Source: Geosiphon pyriformis uo1
Taxonomy: Eukaryota > Fungi > Glomeromycota
Direction of reading: 5' to 3'
Length of the DNA stretch: 64,000 nucleotides
NCBI GenBank assembly: GCA_016748015.1
Contig: JAAOMT010000303.1
Span: 868,001-932,000 of the forward strand
In this document: positions 59,665-64,000 of the stretch, piece by piece
Numbering within the stretch: position 1 is the first letter of the stretch
How the letters are laid out: each line of letters starts with the position of its first letter
Made by a program: the position numbers and the translations under genes
The notes under the pieces: generated by a model
Told to the model about the DNA's origin: nothing
The model's database searches: none
Seen by the model: only the letters and a program-made list of their open reading frames with translations

Positions 59665-62600
59665 TTAGAGCTGTTTTATTCTAAATTGGACTTGATAATT
59701 AAAAACATCCTATTGCTTATGTCAATTATAATACCAATACAACTAAAAAAATATATAGCATCACAAATTTAGAATGTTTTATTATTTACTAAGTTATATA
59801 AAACTAAAAATATTATTTTCACTAACTATTTGATTTATATACAGATTATAAAAAATTAATTTGATTGCTTAGCAAATTTTAATTAAAAAAATATACAAAA
59901 TAAAATATCTATAGCAATTTTTGTATAAAGTATATTATAAAGAAAAAACCAAAAACATTAATGCTAATGACTTGTTAAAAATAACACAAATTTAATATTG
60001 TGCTAATAAACACATTTACTTGTCAATATTTATACCAATATTTGTTAACACTTTAGTTTAAAAAAAATTATCTTAACAAAAATAAAGTCTTATATAAAAA
60101 CAAGGCTAAAACTATCTTATTTACAATAAATATTTATACTAATAAAAATACTAAAGTTATAAAACACTCCAATAAATCATAAAAATACAGAAAAAAAAAC
60201 AATTTTGTTAAAATATTTACTTTAATTTAACTATAAGACATTTTAACAAAAATATTACTTTAGAAAAACAATTAATTTATATTATTAACCAATAATATAT
60301 AAAAATATTTTTAAATATGTCTATAATTATAACTTTTGCCAATAAAAAAAAAGCTAGAGTAACAAAACTACTTTGATCTATTTTAATTAAAAATCTATTT
60401 AATAGAATTGGGATTAATTTGATTAAATTTTTTTTAATTATTTTTAAAAAAAATGGATATATTATAATAGTTATAAACTATTTTACAAAAACTAAAAGCC
60501 TGAATCATTCAAGTTGCAAATGTTAAAACAATAACTAAATTTGTATATTAAGATCTGATTTACTAATATAAATGTCCAAAAAAATTATTATTTGATTAAA
60601 AAAGTTATTTTGTTAATAGTATTTTAATAAAACTAAGCTAATAATTTAGAGTAAAATAATTTTTGTTATCTTTATATTATTTTTAAACAAATAAATTGGT
60701 AAAACAATTTAACCAAATATTATATAAAGCTCTAGCAAAAATAAGCTATAAAAATACACAAAAATAAGACTTATTAATATTTTTAATATTATTTATATAC
60801 TAAATATTGAAGCAAAATACTATCTAATTTACATTATTTAAACTAGTCTATAAAAAAAATTATACTGCCAATTAAACTAAAAATATTTTCCTTCTTAATT
60901 AAAACTATTACCAAAGAAAACTTTGAAATAATCTTATACTAAAAAACATATTAATTTATAAAAACAATCATAAAACAATGGCTAATAATATTTATAACTT
61001 TCAGAATTAACAAAAAAAAAAGACATAATAATTGTTTACTCAATTAACTAGTTGAATTTAAGATTAAAAACAAAATATTATTACATTATACCAAAGCAAA
61101 AAAACAATAAAATAGAAATTTAAATCCAAAATAAAATAAATTATTTTATATATATAAAGTTCTTGGCAATAAAGCTTATAAATTATAATTAAAAAACAGA
61201 ATTTTAAAAAAAATCATACATAAAAATTATTTAAAATTTTATTACATAATACAAAAATTGTTATTAATTATACTTTAACTAAGAACACAAATTCTATTAA
61301 TTAGACTTGAAAATATCTTACAAAATTAGAACCAATTATCATAATCAAATACAACTTATGTACAAAAAATTTGAATTACATAAATTATATATATAAATAC
61401 CAAAAAATTAAAGAAAAAAACTAAAAACATGTTCAATATTATCAGTAGAATTTTAGCTATTAATTAACATGAAATTACTCTTATAATTTTTATTAATAAT
61501 TAGCATATATTATTATTATTTTAATTATCACTTATTAGTTAACCAAATTATCAAATATTACTATTTAATTAATAATCTAATTAGTATAATACACAAATAC
61601 AATAATCAAATTATGCAGTACACCAAACTTTGTAACATTTAAAAATTCACAAAATATTTTAATAGTTTATTAAAATTATTTATAATTTGTAAAAATAATT
61701 TGTAGTTTATTAACATGTATTTTTAATTTGTCAAAATTATAACAAAAAAAATTCAAGTTTATAAAATAGTACTACAATAAATTGTATAAAAAAAAAGCTT
61801 TTCTTTTTAAAAAAATATATTTTATCTAATTCAGAATTATTTTATTTTAGAAATACTTTTATTTTTATTAATAAAATAATACTTAAAAAATAAATTTATT
61901 AATTATTTGTACTTAAAATTTTCTAAAACCCAATTAATGTTTTGAAATTGATTAGTTACCAATTTTATTAATTCATTAATAATTTCAAGTTTAAACAAAA
62001 AACACTTTTCTTAACGAATTTTCATTTTTTTTATATTTTTTATATTTTTTTTACATTTTTTTATTATATATATTAAAATAATCTACAAATAAGATTACTG
62101 TAAAAGAATTGATTTTCACAACAAAATAATTACACATTTTTTAATAAGCTTTCAAATAAGTAATTCTTAAGAAAAAGTTGATTTTTATTGCAGAATAACT
62201 ATAAAAATAACTGGCATAAAATTGGTTATTTTACTTATAAGTCCAGTAGTTCAAATTATAAGAGATAATTTGAAAATAAATTTAGTTATTAGAGATTTAA
62301 CAGTTTTTAGTAATAACAGATTCACAACAAAATAATATTAACAACATTTAGAAAAAGAGACCAAAAATCTCTAGTAACATTAACATAGATTTTTTAAACA
62401 AAGTTTTAAAACTTTTACAATAACTGTTTAAAGTATTTTAATAATTTACAATATTAATAGAAATTATAATTAATAGAAAAAAATATAATACAAAACTACA
62501 AGCAAAAAAAGATAGACAAAAGTTCAATTAAAACTAAATATTTTCAGTTTTATATAGAATCAAAAAAAAAGATCTAAATATTCAAACAATAAAAAAAATC

Positions 62601-64000
62601 AAAAAAACTTTAAACAACTTAACTATAAAACCAAACACTAAAAAATAAATACCAAAAATTTTTACAATATAAAAAAAAAACTTCTATTAACATATTAGTT
62701 TTTTAAAATTAATAAAAAACAAGACTTACAAATATTATACAAAAATAATAACAAACAAATATTTAATAAAAAAACATTAAAAAAACAGAAAATTTTGTTG
62801 AAAAAAACAATTTAATATTATATTACAAGTTAATATACTAACTATATTTGGCATTTAAATACTATTTAATCATATTATTAGACAATTTTTTGAAGACTAT
62901 TATAGTCAATAACATTAAACAAATAACAAATTTCTAGTTTAAAAAACTACAAAAGATAATATTTAATAAGACAATTAAATATTATATTAAAAAATTATTT
63001 TTAAAGATATATATAATTTTATAAAAGCTTAATTTTAAAAAGAAGAGATAATATTATTTAAATAAAAAAGTAATTAAAAGCTTATTAAAAAAATATAAGT
63101 GTTATATAAAAAAAACAAAAAAACATAATAATATAGAATTATACAGAATAATATAAAATAACTTAGAATAATATAAGATAATATACAATAATACAAAATA
63201 GTGCAAAATAATTAATAAGCAATAGCTAATAATAATAAGCAATTAAAAACAATCTTATAAAACTAAAAAACATGTATAAAAACAAGTAGTTTTAACAAAT
63301 AAATTAAATAAAACAGACCAGACAAAAATCAATTTCTTTTAAATGTCTTTTTTTTAATCTAATATGTTTTTATTTTATTTTTTCTATATTTTGTATTAAT
63401 CAAATAAAATATTATTACTTAAATCTAAAAATATCTAATTTTAATATTCTGATTTTTAAAATCTAATTGATTGTTTTCTTTTATTTTTATTTTAAATTAG
63501 ATACTATTAACATAAATATTTATAAAATTTTAATAACTAGACCAATTGTTTTTAATTATGATAAGTAATAAAATATTAATTAATTTATTTTTTTTTGTAT
63601 TTTTTATTTTTTATTTTATTTTTTTTCTGGTAAAACAGCAATATTAAAAATTGATTGTCTGAAAATAAACTTCATAATAATCTGATAAAAAAAAATTTTT
63701 TTTCTAGATTTAAATATTAATTTTATTTTGTTAATTTACCAAAAAGATAAAAAGCCAATGTTAAATTTTAACAATTGTATTCAATTAACTTAAAAAAAAC
63801 ACAATCATAACAATTCAATTACAGAAACAATTTTTTTATGTTTTATAACAAAAAAACTTAATAAGTAAAATTTTAAACAAAAAATTTTCAAAGATTGATA
63901 ATTAACATAATCAACAAAACTAATTTATCTATATTTAATTAGCTCTTCTTATTAAATTATAAGCACTAAATATTATAAACATACCTTATCAAGTTTACTT
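59665..64000 (+). mobile_element. Oldest host Ty3/gypsy element, right fragment (RNase H, integrase, 3' region, PPT, 3' LTR from 63052)
   Basis: GAVLF*IGLDN*KHPIAY continues the frame broken at 22645; integrase remnants FNRIGINL, YII.VINYFTK, VLGNKAYKL; purine tract at about 63037-63050; 63052-64000 is the reverse complement of 58669-59664. Confidence 0.78.
61437..62379 (+). mobile_element. Solo LTR of the E1/E2 family
   Basis: Collinear with the E2 LTRs but more decayed; no PBS or PPT; 4-bp TSD tcaa/ttaa; the homologous empty site is visible on the - strand at about 24230-24330. Confidence 0.88.

Overview
Eukaryotic (fungal) AT-rich DNA; the short introns and TE families suggest an early-diverging fungus, probably Glomeromycotina (inference). 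Bases 1-9.8 kb are a compact block of four intron-rich housekeeping genes: cap-binding subunit CBP80 (truncated by the window edge), CCR4-NOT subunit NOT3, a SIKE/FGFR1OP2-like coiled-coil protein, and a Bem46/ABHD13 hydrolase. From about 10.2 kb to the end is a CpG-depleted block of decayed retrotransposons. Part of it unpicks into a four-level nest: an old + strand Ty3/gypsy element, split by a - strand Ty3/gypsy element (22646-59664), split by a LINE (28574-55032), split by two younger ~9.9 kb Ty3/gypsy elements (E1 33279-43179, E2 43232-53168). E1 and E2 share an unusual layout. A structured LTR and PBS lead into an AUG-free ~240-codon Gag N-terminal extension that starts at a conserved GUG. 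Gag, protease, a Cys-rich domain, dUTPase, RT and RNase H follow in one frame and end in a STOP. Integrase is then a separate ORF with its own ATG, and a third non-Env ORF runs into the 3' LTR. The two LTRs of E1 differ almost only by C>T/G>A transitions, mostly outside CpG, which suggests a RIP-like or methylation-driven hypermutation process. All alignments and counts were done by eye.
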